A DNA stretch of 64,000 nucleotides from Nitrospinaceae bacterium (GCA_046754465.1 JBHHVU010000007.1:32951-96950), one strand, 5' to 3'. Shown: positions 20,601-29,617, counted from the first letter of the stretch. Translations and numbers: made by a program. Notes: generated by a model not told the origin, from the sequence alone.

Positions 20601-22548
20601 CGGAATCGGATCGACCATCGTGGAACCGTGGGGATCGACCTATCATGATCCCAAGACGGGGAAACCCGTCCGCCACGGGACTGTGGTGGACATTCACGGC
20701 ACCGAACCGTTTGCTTTTGGCCGGAACGGCAGTTTCCGTGAAATGGTGGCGCAGTTGCACGATACCGTGCCGCACACCGCTCAGCTCGTGAGCAAGGGGA
20801 ATCCTCCGGGATTGTCCCGGAAGAACGCCATCGCGGCTGGGCAGTCGATTTCGTTCCAGATGCCGGACGATATGCTGGAAGTGGCGTTTCCTCACCTGAA
20901 CGGCGGAACCCACACGACCGGCGGCGGGTTCAACTTCCGCGCCGCTTCGCTGTCAGCGAGGCTGTTGCACAATAAGGACGGCTCCAAGCTGTTCAGCAGT
21001 AAAGTGCACGGAGATCCCTCCACGCCCCTGCTGCGGGCGTATTTGGGAGACAATATCATGTTCCGGGTTCTGCACGGCATGATGAACGAGACCCACACTT
21101 TCGTGGTATCGGGTCACGGATATCGGCCGGAACGGTACGACCGGGATTCCCGGGTGACCAATACCATCCATATCGGTATCGCCGAACGTTACGATCTGGC
21201 GACCACCGCCGGGGGGTATCAGCAGATGGCGGGTGATTACCTTTATTACGATGGACGAACCTCGCATTTTTCTGAGGGTAGTTGGGGAATCATTCGGGTT
21301 CATGACAAGTTGCAGAAGGACCTGAAACCTCTGCCGGGCCATGAGAACATTCCGAAATCACGGAAGACTCTTTGTCCGAAAGGCGCGCCGGTGAAGAACT
21401 TCAGCGTGGTGGCCATCAACAAGGCGCTGAAATTCAATCCGCACACCGAGGATGAGATCGAAGTGGATTTCGAAAGAAAGCTCATTTTGGCCAATCCGGA
21501 AGGAAAGATCTTCGCCCTGGAGGGCGAGGTGGCCAAAGCGGCGGACGATGGTCACATGCCGCATCCGTTGACCCTTCGGGCGAATGTCGGCGATTGCATC
21601 AAGATCAAGCTGACCAACCGTCTGAAGGAAGGGAAAGTTTCCCTGCACGCGAACAACATCGCGTTCGATCCCATGGATTCCCAGGGGATCAATGTGGGCA
21701 ACAATCCCGGCGACCAGACGGTGGCCCCCGGCAAATCCAAAGTCTATAACTTCTACGCGCATCCGGATTACAATATCAACGCCGCGTTGATTTGGGACTT
21801 TGGCAACCTGACCCAGAATGTCCGCGATGGTCTGTTCGGCGCGATCATTATCGGTCCGCGCGGTTCCGTGTACCGGGATCCCGAAACGGGGAAAGACATC
21901 TCCATGGGGAATTCCTGGAAAGCGGACGTGATCATTGACAAGTCGTATCCAGAGAACGCGCATCTTTCGAACTACCGGGATTATGCGCTGTATTTTCAGG
22001 ACGAGGACAACATTTTGGGGACGTCGTTCATGCCTTACCTGCAGAACGTGGCGGGGTTGACGGGCGTGAACTACCGGTTGGAGCCCTGGAGTTACCGCGA
22101 GGACGAGGGATGTGAGCTTGGGAACATGTTCACGCCCTGCGTGGCGGCGGAATCCGATCCGGCGACGCCGGTGCTGAAGGCGCATGCGGGTGACCGTGTG
22201 ATGATCAACGTCTTCGGGGCTCACAGCGAGCAAAACCAGATGTTCAATCTGGACGGTCACCAGTGGAGGCGCCATTTGAATCAGGAGAATTCGGATATGA
22301 TCGACGTCGAGGAATTTGGCGGCGGAGAATATATCCAGGCGTTTTTCACGGCGGGTGGCACGTACCAAAACCCCGGAACCTACCTGTGGCTGAACGCGAG
22401 GACGCCCTATCAGCAGGCAGGGCAATGGGGTTATTTCAAGGTGCTGCCTGCCGGAGACCGGTCGATTCTGCCTTTGAGCAACGTGACGCCCAAGGGTGTG
22501 AAATCCGCTTCCGGATCCAAGGATGAAAGGTTGTCGATGAATCGATAA
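17632..22548 (+). CDS. Giant multicopper oxidase (MnxG-like), copy 2
   Basis: 1638 aa; same Cu motifs as copy 1; unrelated signal peptide; GAGGAGG RBS. Confidence 0.9.
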   Translation: MMRDLFPNPKGGLRVRFFLILLMVGLSVGSAFAGSAPVKKQMASGDHPAWLDKLENQINYEEMMSGMEGRQDRMNRTFGSMMDQLKEKIQEHAAPASSGGGFHDSWAAHQLGQSYLLGPSEAAAKVYKGAHCPSSVPVKSYDVSAINVEITLNQWGDYFPGYMYVLTKDLKKVRAEEKKNAKARESDLDPGAVSTGFQGDAIQPMVLRANQGDCVRFKVRNQVEDEDVGFQVNGSAMIISSSGLPATAASAGAIIKSGESQDFEWYIPIDEQEGSHTIQSHAGRDPSALGLIGAFIVEPRGSTYLSPWTGGPLENGWMAMIANGDAKDFREFVLFYHEVGDESFRPLNRHGEMIPQRDPLTDAYRPSARAMNYRSEPFGINNLAVQEKMFHFEDESLSYSSYTFADVPTTIPRSYLGDPAKFRLIHGGGEVFHSHHPHGGSIRWTRSPKREPGIQNMITAAYDGPVKYPVVRTTTDRVDVEVIGASEALDLETECGSGLCQRLAGDFLFHCHVAHHYVAGMWGYWRVYNTLQDGNYPFGSTDVMRPLQELPDRKGRIPHGVSSDKLVGKTMDWFGKKFNVVGKGKSDWSKEAPVVNIHDWVKYMLPPQGKPGHTDDEKGQILSYDGSVWDYDWKGNTALSEREATYKVVKYISPRPGKRHPIQFSPKTGKLAWPHMTPHFGKRVPFARHHGGAPWLEPFHLATDTTTLPSESGSGRSGSNVENSSPAKPGEQGRWSLCPRGAGRKQYNLVFINTPIELSGAVGKTKPVIDKYGLIYVIDEDMAAVKADPKKAYPLVIRANVYDCVDLLLTSEWNDDDFTNFQMSKVNIHPHFFQFDNQASDGVISGFSYDQSMRSYKQFTKKMKDGHHVGMPVPMNAKLLKPVKAGAKTIEIQMAKGATPFHVGTDIIVGIEVPNKKDARWIQSMSPDPDKKPAKDGKYKITFTEGLAHSHKKGQIVSVEFVRYRWWVDVDMGLVFWHDHAFGATTWPHGGIGSTIVEPWGSTYHDPKTGKPVRHGTVVDIHGTEPFAFGRNGSFREMVAQLHDTVPHTAQLVSKGNPPGLSRKNAIAAGQSISFQMPDDMLEVAFPHLNGGTHTTGGGFNFRAASLSARLLHNKDGSKLFSSKVHGDPSTPLLRAYLGDNIMFRVLHGMMNETHTFVVSGHGYRPERYDRDSRVTNTIHIGIAERYDLATTAGGYQQMAGDYLYYDGRTSHFSEGSWGIIRVHDKLQKDLKPLPGHENIPKSRKTLCPKGAPVKNFSVVAINKALKFNPHTEDEIEVDFERKLILANPEGKIFALEGEVAKAADDGHMPHPLTLRANVGDCIKIKLTNRLKEGKVSLHANNIAFDPMDSQGINVGNNPGDQTVAPGKSKVYNFYAHPDYNINAALIWDFGNLTQNVRDGLFGAIIIGPRGSVYRDPETGKDISMGNSWKADVIIDKSYPENAHLSNYRDYALYFQDEDNILGTSFMPYLQNVAGLTGVNYRLEPWSYREDEGCELGNMFTPCVAAESDPATPVLKAHAGDRVMINVFGAHSEQNQMFNLDGHQWRRHLNQENSDMIDVEEFGGGEYIQAFFTAGGTYQNPGTYLWLNARTPYQQAGQWGYFKVLPAGDRSILPLSNVTPKGVKSASGSKDERLSMNR
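17767..22539 (+). repeat. Long direct repeat, unit 2
   Basis: Matches 9817-14589. Confidence 0.97.
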
Positions 22549-22577
22549 AGTCGCAGCCCTTTATCTTGCAGTAACCT

Positions 22578-22615
22578 GGCAAGGGAACCTGAATGGGTTC
22601 CCTTGCCTTTTTTTT
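22578..22615 (+). terminator. Rho-independent terminator
   Basis: GGCAAGGGAACC-loop-GGTTCCCTTGCC followed by a T-run. Confidence 0.88.
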
Positions 22616-22798
22616 GATATGGAAATCCCGTTTGGGTTGTGGCAATCTAAGAAGGATTCATTCTTTCCAATGATGGGACCCTGCCGTCCCCTTAAATTTT
22701 CCAGTTAAAATCTTATTTTCAACGGTTTGTCGTATTAAGCGTTTTATCTGGATAATGAGTGAATTGGGGGGCCGGGATTTTTTTCAGGAAGGTTGCCT

Positions 22799-24052
22799 AT
22801 GTTTTTCCGCCTCATAGCCGTGGGGATTGCCATTCTGGGGTTTTCTGGTCCCTATTTATCTGTTTGGGCCAATGGAGACGATACCGCCCATTCCGGCAAC
22901 GTCACTCCCAGGTACCTGATAAAAAAGGGGAAATCCCTGTTTTTAAAATATTGTGCCCCTTGCCATGGAGTTGGAGGGGACGGCGACGGATTCAACGCGA
23001 AGTATCTGGACAAGGAACCCGCGGAGTTGTCCGATGAAGATTTTATTTCCAAAAAGACCAACGAGCAAATTTTTCGGATCATTAAAATGGGCGGGGCGGG
23101 AGTAAAAAAATCCCATTTGATGCCGGTTTTTGGAAACACGTTTTCGGAAGCGGAATTATGGTCCCTCGTGGCTTATGTGAGGAATCTTGCGTCCGATGAT
23201 TCCCATCCGGTTTCACTTCCCCGTAAAGTTAAAACCGAACGTCCCAAGGGTCACCGGGTCACCAAAGAGGATGTTGAGTCGTTCTCCAAGTGGTTGGCCT
23301 CGGAGGGTCAAAAGCAAAGTATTTTTAAAGAAGGGAAACGGTTATTCAAAAAGAAAAAAAGCTGTTTTGCCTGTCATCAGGTGGATGGTGAGGGGGGAAG
23401 CGTGGGTCCGGAACTTTCCCGGGCGGGATATTGGTACCGGCCCGAATGGATTTATGCCTGGATCAGGAACCCGCAAGCCTACAAGCCCACGACAGTGATG
23501 CCCAATATGGGGCTGCAACCGGAAACCGCCAAGGTCATCGCGGCTTACTTGTGGGGGCTTCACGAGGAAAATGAGGGTGTGCCTGAAAAATGGGAACCTT
23601 ATTTGGAGGCCCAGGGGGATCCCGAAAGGGGCAAAAAACTTTTTTTTGATCCCGAGGGCAAAGTCAATTGTTCCAAATGCCACCGGATAAACGGGGAGGG
23701 GGGAAATGTCGGTCCCGATTTGAGTTATGTTGGATCCAGCCGAACCCGGCCTTTCCTCCTGGAGTCGATGCTCAAGCCCAAGGCAGTCATCACCGCCGGG
23801 TATTCCACGGTTCTTATTTTAACCAAGCACAGAAAATTCATCACCGGTATCAAGGTAATGGAAGACGATTCGGGCCTGGATATTATCGATAAAGAAGGCA
23901 AGGAGATGTATATCCACAAGGAGCAGATCAAAAAGTATAAAACTCAAAAAATCTCCATGATGCCGGGAAATTTCAAGGACATTCTTGATGTCCAGGAAGT
24001 CGCGGACATTCTAGCCTACCTGAAAACCCTGACCCTGCCTGAAATCTCATGA
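22799..24052 (+). CDS. Periplasmic triheme cytochrome c
   Basis: CAPCH, CFACH and CSKCH, each followed by an 'MP' distal-Met motif; signal peptide. Confidence 0.9.
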   Translation: MFFRLIAVGIAILGFSGPYLSVWANGDDTAHSGNVTPRYLIKKGKSLFLKYCAPCHGVGGDGDGFNAKYLDKEPAELSDEDFISKKTNEQIFRIIKMGGAGVKKSHLMPVFGNTFSEAELWSLVAYVRNLASDDSHPVSLPRKVKTERPKGHRVTKEDVESFSKWLASEGQKQSIFKEGKRLFKKKKSCFACHQVDGEGGSVGPELSRAGYWYRPEWIYAWIRNPQAYKPTTVMPNMGLQPETAKVIAAYLWGLHEENEGVPEKWEPYLEAQGDPERGKKLFFDPEGKVNCSKCHRINGEGGNVGPDLSYVGSSRTRPFLLESMLKPKAVITAGYSTVLILTKHRKFITGIKVMEDDSGLDIIDKEGKEMYIHKEQIKKYKTQKISMMPGNFKDILDVQEVADILAYLKTLTLPEIS

Positions 24053-24163
24053 AGTTCTTGATGGATCCCGCTGGTTAAAGGTTCTCCTGCCCCTGGGCGG
24101 ATCAATGACGATGGATTCGGTGGCAAATAAACTGTGAAGGGTGTGTGGGGGCGCTCGGAATGT

Positions 24164-26176
24164 TTATTCCAGGATCATCTCGAACCAACTTGAGATCGCT
24201 TTTTTCGTTCCGGTTTCTCCTTGCGATCCGTCCCAGACGTTGAAGGCGATGGGAATGGTTTGTCCTGGCTCGAACTGGATGTCCTTTTCCTTATTCCGGG
24301 TATGCAGTTTCCTTTTTATGACAAGATGGTACCGGCCAAACCGGTAAATCACCTTGGACGAAAGCTCTTGGGTTTCTTTCGGTTGAAGATCCCATGCCTT
24401 CAATCCCGTTGCGTTCATCTCCAGGGCCTGCAAGGGGTACGAATTCCACTTCCAGAGGTTCACGGGGTGCTCCGGATCCCCATTCAGGAAATAAGGCCTT
24501 TTCCCATCCGGGTCCCGTGTCACGGGGAACTGAAGGGCGATCGAGTCGGGAAATTTTTGCGCTTCCGGGGTTTCGGGTTCCTCGTCCTCTTCTTCCTCCG
24601 CCACCTGGAATTCGGGAGGAAGGGGTGGGGCGGGCGATTCCTCCACCGTGGTCAGGGTGGACAGGATCGGATCATCGGATGGATCGTCCCAGTAAAGATA
24701 AAATGCGATTTCCTCGCCATTGTGGACCGCCTTCACCTCAAGGTTGTCCACGGCGGGGAAATAGGAATTTTCGGGTTGGATGATTTGTCCCCCCAAGGGA
24801 AAAAAATAGGGATCAACCGTTTTCCAGGCAGGGTCCTCCGGGCTGGACGGCACGTCCCCCTCCACGTTCTGGACCTTGATCACCGGGCGGACCCTCGGTT
24901 TTTCGGGGGGGGAAAGCGTTTGCACGTAATGCACAATATCCCATATTTGCTGATCCTTGAATATTCTCGGGGAAAACCTGGGCATGGCGGTGGTCGATAA
25001 ACCGGTACGCAGGGTCAAAAATAATTGTTTTCGGGAATTGCCCCGCCGAAATTTCCAGGGTTTGCCGAGATTTCGGGGCCAAATGGCGTCGGAGCCGATG
25101 TCCACGATTTTGTGGGTTGAGACTCCATCGCTTCGGCCTTTCACCCCATGGCACCCGGAACAGTTTTTCAGAAAGAGTTCCTTCCCGGATTGAAGGCTTT
25201 CGAGGGTGAATGGAGGAGGTTCGGGGACGTACACGGGCTGCAGAACTTTTCCCTTGGCCTTGAACCGGGCAAATTTTTTGGTCAGGGATTTGAGGTACAG
25301 CACAAGACTCCAACGGTCGGCCGGGGACAGGTGTTTCCAGGCGGGCATAGTGGTTCCCGGCATGCCGTGAGAGATCATGTCGAACAAGTCCTGGTCGGTG
25401 GGAATCTTGCCAAAGGGGGTGGTCCGTATTTTGTACTGGCCCTTGGTGAAGTTGCGGGGACGGGGGCTGGTAAACGGCGCGGCAGGTCCGTCACCCTTGC
25501 CGGTTTCCCCGTGGCAATAGGCGCATTTCCGATGATAAACCTTTTTACCCTGTTCCAGGGAGGGTTCGGTGGTAGAGGCGGGAACGGCGGCACGTTTTTC
25601 ACCGGCGACCGCAAAAATAAATAGGATGACTTTCCAGACTTCATCTTCCTCAAGTTGGTTTTCCCAGGCCGGCATGGCTGAGTTCCATGGGGAGTACTTG
25701 TCCGGCAGGCCCAATCCCCCCTTCATGATCCGCCAATAGGCGTAGGACTCGGGAAGGGTGATGACGGAGGAAGGTTGGGTGAAATCGGCCGGAGGAGGGA
25801 AAAAGCTCTTGCCAAAAAGGCCTTTTCCGTCCAGAAGATCCCCGTGGCAGAAAAAACAGTTTTTGAAGTAGATATTTCCGCCTTCGCGAATCCATTCGTC
25901 CAAATTTTTGGAATCTTCCCGAAGGGGATTTTTTAAATCTTTTAGGTGGACTTCCCTGTCCCGGACCGTGATGGTTTCGGGCATGTCGGCGGTGGAAGGA
26001 AGATTAATGGCGGCAAGGGCCGATGGGGGCTGGGAAAACAGGGATAACCCCGAAAGGGCCAGGAAAAGGAACCACCCGCTTCTCATGGAACGAAGACTCC
26101 TGGCCGCTAACGCCTTCGTTCCAGAATTTGGGGTGGGATTTCTGGATGGCAGTGTTCTGGGTGAGGCGATGATCAT
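24164..26176 (-). CDS. Triheme cytochrome c fused to an ethylbenzene-dehydrogenase-gamma (DOMON-like) domain
   Basis: CFFCH, CAYCH and CSGCH with MPAW/MPRF; C-terminal 'FPDSIALQFP', 'PVNLWKW' and 'AFNVWDGSQGE..KK..S.W'. Confidence 0.85.
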   Translation of the reverse strand: MIIASPRTLPSRNPTPNSGTKALAARSLRSMRSGWFLFLALSGLSLFSQPPSALAAINLPSTADMPETITVRDREVHLKDLKNPLREDSKNLDEWIREGGNIYFKNCFFCHGDLLDGKGLFGKSFFPPPADFTQPSSVITLPESYAYWRIMKGGLGLPDKYSPWNSAMPAWENQLEEDEVWKVILFIFAVAGEKRAAVPASTTEPSLEQGKKVYHRKCAYCHGETGKGDGPAAPFTSPRPRNFTKGQYKIRTTPFGKIPTDQDLFDMISHGMPGTTMPAWKHLSPADRWSLVLYLKSLTKKFARFKAKGKVLQPVYVPEPPPFTLESLQSGKELFLKNCSGCHGVKGRSDGVSTHKIVDIGSDAIWPRNLGKPWKFRRGNSRKQLFLTLRTGLSTTAMPRFSPRIFKDQQIWDIVHYVQTLSPPEKPRVRPVIKVQNVEGDVPSSPEDPAWKTVDPYFFPLGGQIIQPENSYFPAVDNLEVKAVHNGEEIAFYLYWDDPSDDPILSTLTTVEESPAPPLPPEFQVAEEEEDEEPETPEAQKFPDSIALQFPVTRDPDGKRPYFLNGDPEHPVNLWKWNSYPLQALEMNATGLKAWDLQPKETQELSSKVIYRFGRYHLVIKRKLHTRNKEKDIQFEPGQTIPIAFNVWDGSQGETGTKKAISSWFEMILE

Positions 26177-27024
26177 TGCTTCCCATAAACTTTTTCTTTA
26201 TAAGCCGCCGCACCGTGTTTGATTCGCCCCGCTTTATTGGTCTCGTAAAAGGGCCGAATCACTTCGTCACCATCAAATTCGAATTTTAAATTGATGACCG
26301 AGTTTTCGGTCACATGGATTTTTTGGCTTCTTAACTTAATCAAGTAATGCCAGGCACTGACGACGTAATCTCCAGGAGGAATGTTTTCGATTTTAAAGTC
26401 CCCACTCTTGTTGGTAATGGCGTAATAGGGATTTTGGACCCGGTACCCCCAGGTTTGCATGAATTCGTGCATTCCGCAGATCATCTGGTAGATCTTGTAA
26501 TTTTTTTGGAAATGAATTTTACCGTCGGTCACTTCCTCGGCGGGGATGGGAATGTTCAGAATGATTTTCCCCCGCTCGCTCTGGTAAACCTGGCTGTTGT
26601 GCATCACTGCATCGATATTGTTTATTTTGATTTCTTCTCCCTGCCGGATCACGTTGACCGTGGGTAAAAACTTGCAGTTTTCCGCGTCTATTACGACCGG
26701 GTCCTTGTGAAAAGGCTTGCCCGCATCCACGTGTTCCAGGATGACCACCACATCTCGCAATCCCCCTTTGGCGGAGGTCTGGAAATCGTCCAGGACCCGG
26801 TTCATATTTTCATCGGTATCCACCTCGGCGCACATATCGATGTTGGGAAACAACACGAGGTGATAGACTCTGGGAAAAGGCGCGGATCCCGTCAATACAG
26901 CTTTTCCTTGAATGGTTCCACCATTTTTCACCTCGACTTCCTGGTAGGCCCACCCGTTGGTCCCCAGGGAGAGGAGGGTAAAAATCAGCCCCATTTTAAA
27001 AATGAAACCTGGAATCTTCATCAT
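26173..27024 (-). CDS. Secreted cupredoxin-like/carboxypeptidase-regulatory-like domain protein
   Basis: 'MHNSQ...CGMHEFM'; 4-bp ATGA overlap with the downstream cytochrome gene. Confidence 0.8.
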   Translation of the reverse strand: MMKIPGFIFKMGLIFTLLSLGTNGWAYQEVEVKNGGTIQGKAVLTGSAPFPRVYHLVLFPNIDMCAEVDTDENMNRVLDDFQTSAKGGLRDVVVILEHVDAGKPFHKDPVVIDAENCKFLPTVNVIRQGEEIKINNIDAVMHNSQVYQSERGKIILNIPIPAEEVTDGKIHFQKNYKIYQMICGMHEFMQTWGYRVQNPYYAITNKSGDFKIENIPPGDYVVSAWHYLIKLRSQKIHVTENSVINLKFEFDGDEVIRPFYETNKAGRIKHGAAAYKEKVYGKQ

Positions 27025-27084
27025 CCTTAAAACTCCATGACAAAATATTTTTAATAAAACCGCTCGAAAGGCCTGGTTTGGAAT

Positions 27085-27771
27085 TTATTTTTTCGAGACC
27101 TGCGGGGAGATGTTGGAAAAATCAAAATTCACCTTCGTCACTCCGTCTCCCACCGTGACCGTCTGGTTCAGGCTACCCAGAACCTCGTGCCATGCTGTGA
27201 GAGTGTATTTCCCAGGAGGGACGTTGGGTATCTCAAAGGACCCTTTTTTATCGGAGATCGCGAAAAGGGAATTCTCGGTGACGACTATCCACGCGGTCAT
27301 CCAGCTGTGAAGATCGCACTCGATCTTGATGATTTCCGGTTCCTCTAATTCCTGCGTGTAATCCTCCTGCCCGGGGGTAAACATGATATTTATCGGATCA
27401 TTGTCGAATGAGTACGAATGCAGGTTGTGATTGATCGGGTCCGACGAACGGATGACCAGTTCCGAGTCCTTCGGAACGGCGATCACATGAGGCTCATAAT
27501 GGCATTGGGTCTGATCCAGGGTATATTTCCCGCGTTTTTCAGGAAGGTCTTCTCCTTCAATGGTTATCACGACATTTTTCAGACCCTTGTTTTCCACGAG
27601 AATTTTCTCATTGCGAATTTCCGGGCCGCATGCCTTTTTGTATTTTCCTGTTTTAAAAACCGGGGGGAGCTTGATTTTCGCTGAATAAACGGTCGTCCCC
27701 TGAATGGTGCCGGAAAAGGCGGCGCCGGGGAAAATGAGAACGGCGATGAATAGTACTAATAACCTGGTCAT
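27085..27771 (-). CDS. Secreted cupredoxin-like/carboxypeptidase-regulatory-like domain protein
   Basis: 'NHNLH...CDLHSWM'; 'GSFEIPNVPPGKYTLTAWHE'. Confidence 0.8.
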   Translation of the reverse strand: MTRLLVLFIAVLIFPGAAFSGTIQGTTVYSAKIKLPPVFKTGKYKKACGPEIRNEKILVENKGLKNVVITIEGEDLPEKRGKYTLDQTQCHYEPHVIAVPKDSELVIRSSDPINHNLHSYSFDNDPINIMFTPGQEDYTQELEEPEIIKIECDLHSWMTAWIVVTENSLFAISDKKGSFEIPNVPPGKYTLTAWHEVLGSLNQTVTVGDGVTKVNFDFSNISPQVSKK

Positions 27772-28071
27772 GATATGAAATAAATAAGATTTATACCTTT
27801 ATCTTCTTTTATACTAACTAATTGTTCATGTCAAGTAGAGGTGAATTTCCTTACATCCTTCAACAAATAAAATCGTTATAGTTCATCTCCGGACACCCCG
27901 GTGTCATTTCCGGAAAGAGCGGTCCCGTCCGCTCGGGGGTTCCGCACGTGTCGGCCGAAAGTTTTGGCTTCCATCCAGGGTCGGGCTGTTTTAAAATAGG
28001 CGAAAAAAGGTGAAAATTACTAAAAATAAGAGCTTCCTAACCCCGGTTTTATTCCAAATAAAAGAGATGTC

Positions 28072-28557
28072 ATGTCTAAATTATTCACATTACTGATTAT
28101 AAGTCTTTTCTGGGTGGGTTCGGCGTTCGCGGGAATTCCGGTTCCCGGAGATAAGGCACCCAATTTTACCTTGCAGTCCGTCGATGGGAAAATCGTTTCC
28201 CTGGATACCCTGAAAGGTAAGGTGGTATTGATCGGGTTGTTTCACATCTGCGTTCCCTGTATGAATCAGGCCATGGAGCTGAACAAGGTCCGTCAACAGT
28301 TGAATTCCGATAAACTGGTGGTTCTCGGAATCAATACCAGCGGAGATTCCAAAAAAGCGGTTTTGGATTACCTGAAGGGTTTTCCCCGGCCGGTTCAATT
28401 TCCGTATCTTCTGGATCCTGGGCACTCGGTAAACAAAGCTTATGTGCAGAGAGATATGCCGACGGTGCTGATCATCGATAGCAAGGGCGTGTTGTTGGCC
28501 CGGTCACCGGCTGTAGGGGCGGATCAATTGATCCCTTATCTGAAAAAGCTGCTTTAA
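28072..28557 (+). CDS. Exported TlpA/ResA-family thiol-disulfide oxidoreductase
   Basis: 'APNFTL', 'LKGKVVL', CVPC and 'MPTVLIID'. Confidence 0.85.
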   Translation: MSKLFTLLIISLFWVGSAFAGIPVPGDKAPNFTLQSVDGKIVSLDTLKGKVVLIGLFHICVPCMNQAMELNKVRQQLNSDKLVVLGINTSGDSKKAVLDYLKGFPRPVQFPYLLDPGHSVNKAYVQRDMPTVLIIDSKGVLLARSPAVGADQLIPYLKKLL

Positions 28558-28584
28558 TCCCACGCCTCACTCCAGATCCACGCA

Positions 28585-28610
28585 CGCCCCTTCCTTAATG
28601 GGAAGGGGCG
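28585..28610. other. GC-rich stem-loop after the redoxin gene
   Basis: CGCCCCTTCC-6nt-GGAAGGGGCG; no adjacent T-run. Confidence 0.45.
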
Positions 28611-28633
28611 CGTGACTCCATTATTTTCCTCGT

Positions 28634-29551
28634 TTGGGTCGAACCCTTTTCCGGAATTCCAGGAGTGCTGCCTTGAACATGGAACCCGGTTTCTTCAAGA
28701 ACCATTTTCAGCGGAAGAGGAATTTAATATTTCGCCGCGCCGGGCTGGGGGTTCTTTGCGTGGGTATATTATGCCTGGCTTTGGGGGCTTCCCCGGCGAG
28801 GTCCCCGGTTGGGAGCGGGCCTTTCCAGGCCGAGGTCCCTTCCTCCCCAGCGGAAAGTTATACGCTGCAGTTGAATTCCTTCAAAAACGAGTCCAACGCT
28901 AGAAAATTTTTCCAGGCTTTAAAAAAGAAAGGAATCGCACCCTACGTGGTCATCACCGGCACCGAGGACATCTGGTACAAAATCCGTCTCGGACCTTTTC
29001 CATCCCGGCGGGAAGCGGTAAAGCGCGCGAAAGAACTCCACACGGCTCACGGCCTGTCCTCCTTCGTGGTCCGCTCCGAATCCTTTACGTCCCCAGCGTC
29101 GGTTTTCCCGAAAATCCCCCCTCCCGAAAAGAAATCCTTCCCCGGCAAAACCGCCGGGTCCCATCCTCCCCCATCCGATCGGGAATCCCTGAATCCTGAA
29201 AATGCCGGGAATTCGGTGGACGTGGTATTCACCCAGTTCCTGATCTGGCTGCAAGCCATGCAGGATAATGATCTCGACGTCTACTTCTCATTTTACTCGG
29301 AAAATTTTGAGAGCGAGGGAAAGTCCTATAAAGAGTGGGTAAAAGTCCGGCGAAAATTTCTGGAAAAAAATAAGGGGATAAAAATTGAAGTCGACGATGT
29401 GGAAATGCAAACGGGAAAAGATACCATTGAGATGTCATTTATCCAGAATTTTCAATCGGGAGATTATTCCGGCGTCCAGCACCGTGTCCTGGTATGGAAA
29501 AAGGAGGGCGGCCAATGGAAAATCATCCTTGAATCCACCAAGCCCGCCTGA
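28634..29551 (+). CDS. SPOR-domain protein with C-terminal NTF2-like domain (start uncertain)
   Basis: 'YTLQLNSFKNESNA...WYKIRLGPF'; C-terminal 'YFSFYS..F...F.Q.F.S..YS....LVWKKEGGQWKII.E'. Confidence 0.75.
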   Translation: MGRTLFRNSRSAALNMEPGFFKNHFQRKRNLIFRRAGLGVLCVGILCLALGASPARSPVGSGPFQAEVPSSPAESYTLQLNSFKNESNARKFFQALKKKGIAPYVVITGTEDIWYKIRLGPFPSRREAVKRAKELHTAHGLSSFVVRSESFTSPASVFPKIPPPEKKSFPGKTAGSHPPPSDRESLNPENAGNSVDVVFTQFLIWLQAMQDNDLDVYFSFYSENFESEGKSYKEWVKVRRKFLEKNKGIKIEVDDVEMQTGKDTIEMSFIQNFQSGDYSGVQHRVLVWKKEGGQWKIILESTKPA

Positions 29552-29617
29552 CTTTCCTAATCCGCGGATCGGGATTGTTCCGGGCCGCCAACGCGAAGAG
29601 GGGAGACCCTGCCGCGA

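Noticed and set aside
9685..22548. Calling the MCOs nirK, or assigning the symbol mnxG
   Set aside because: They are far larger than NirK and carry HCH-type MCO motifs; MnxG orthology and Mn oxidation cannot be shown without phylogeny or assay.
27888..27960. Small hairpins between the divergent cupredoxin and redoxin genes as an ncRNA
   Set aside because: Short GC-rich stems are expected by chance; no family features.
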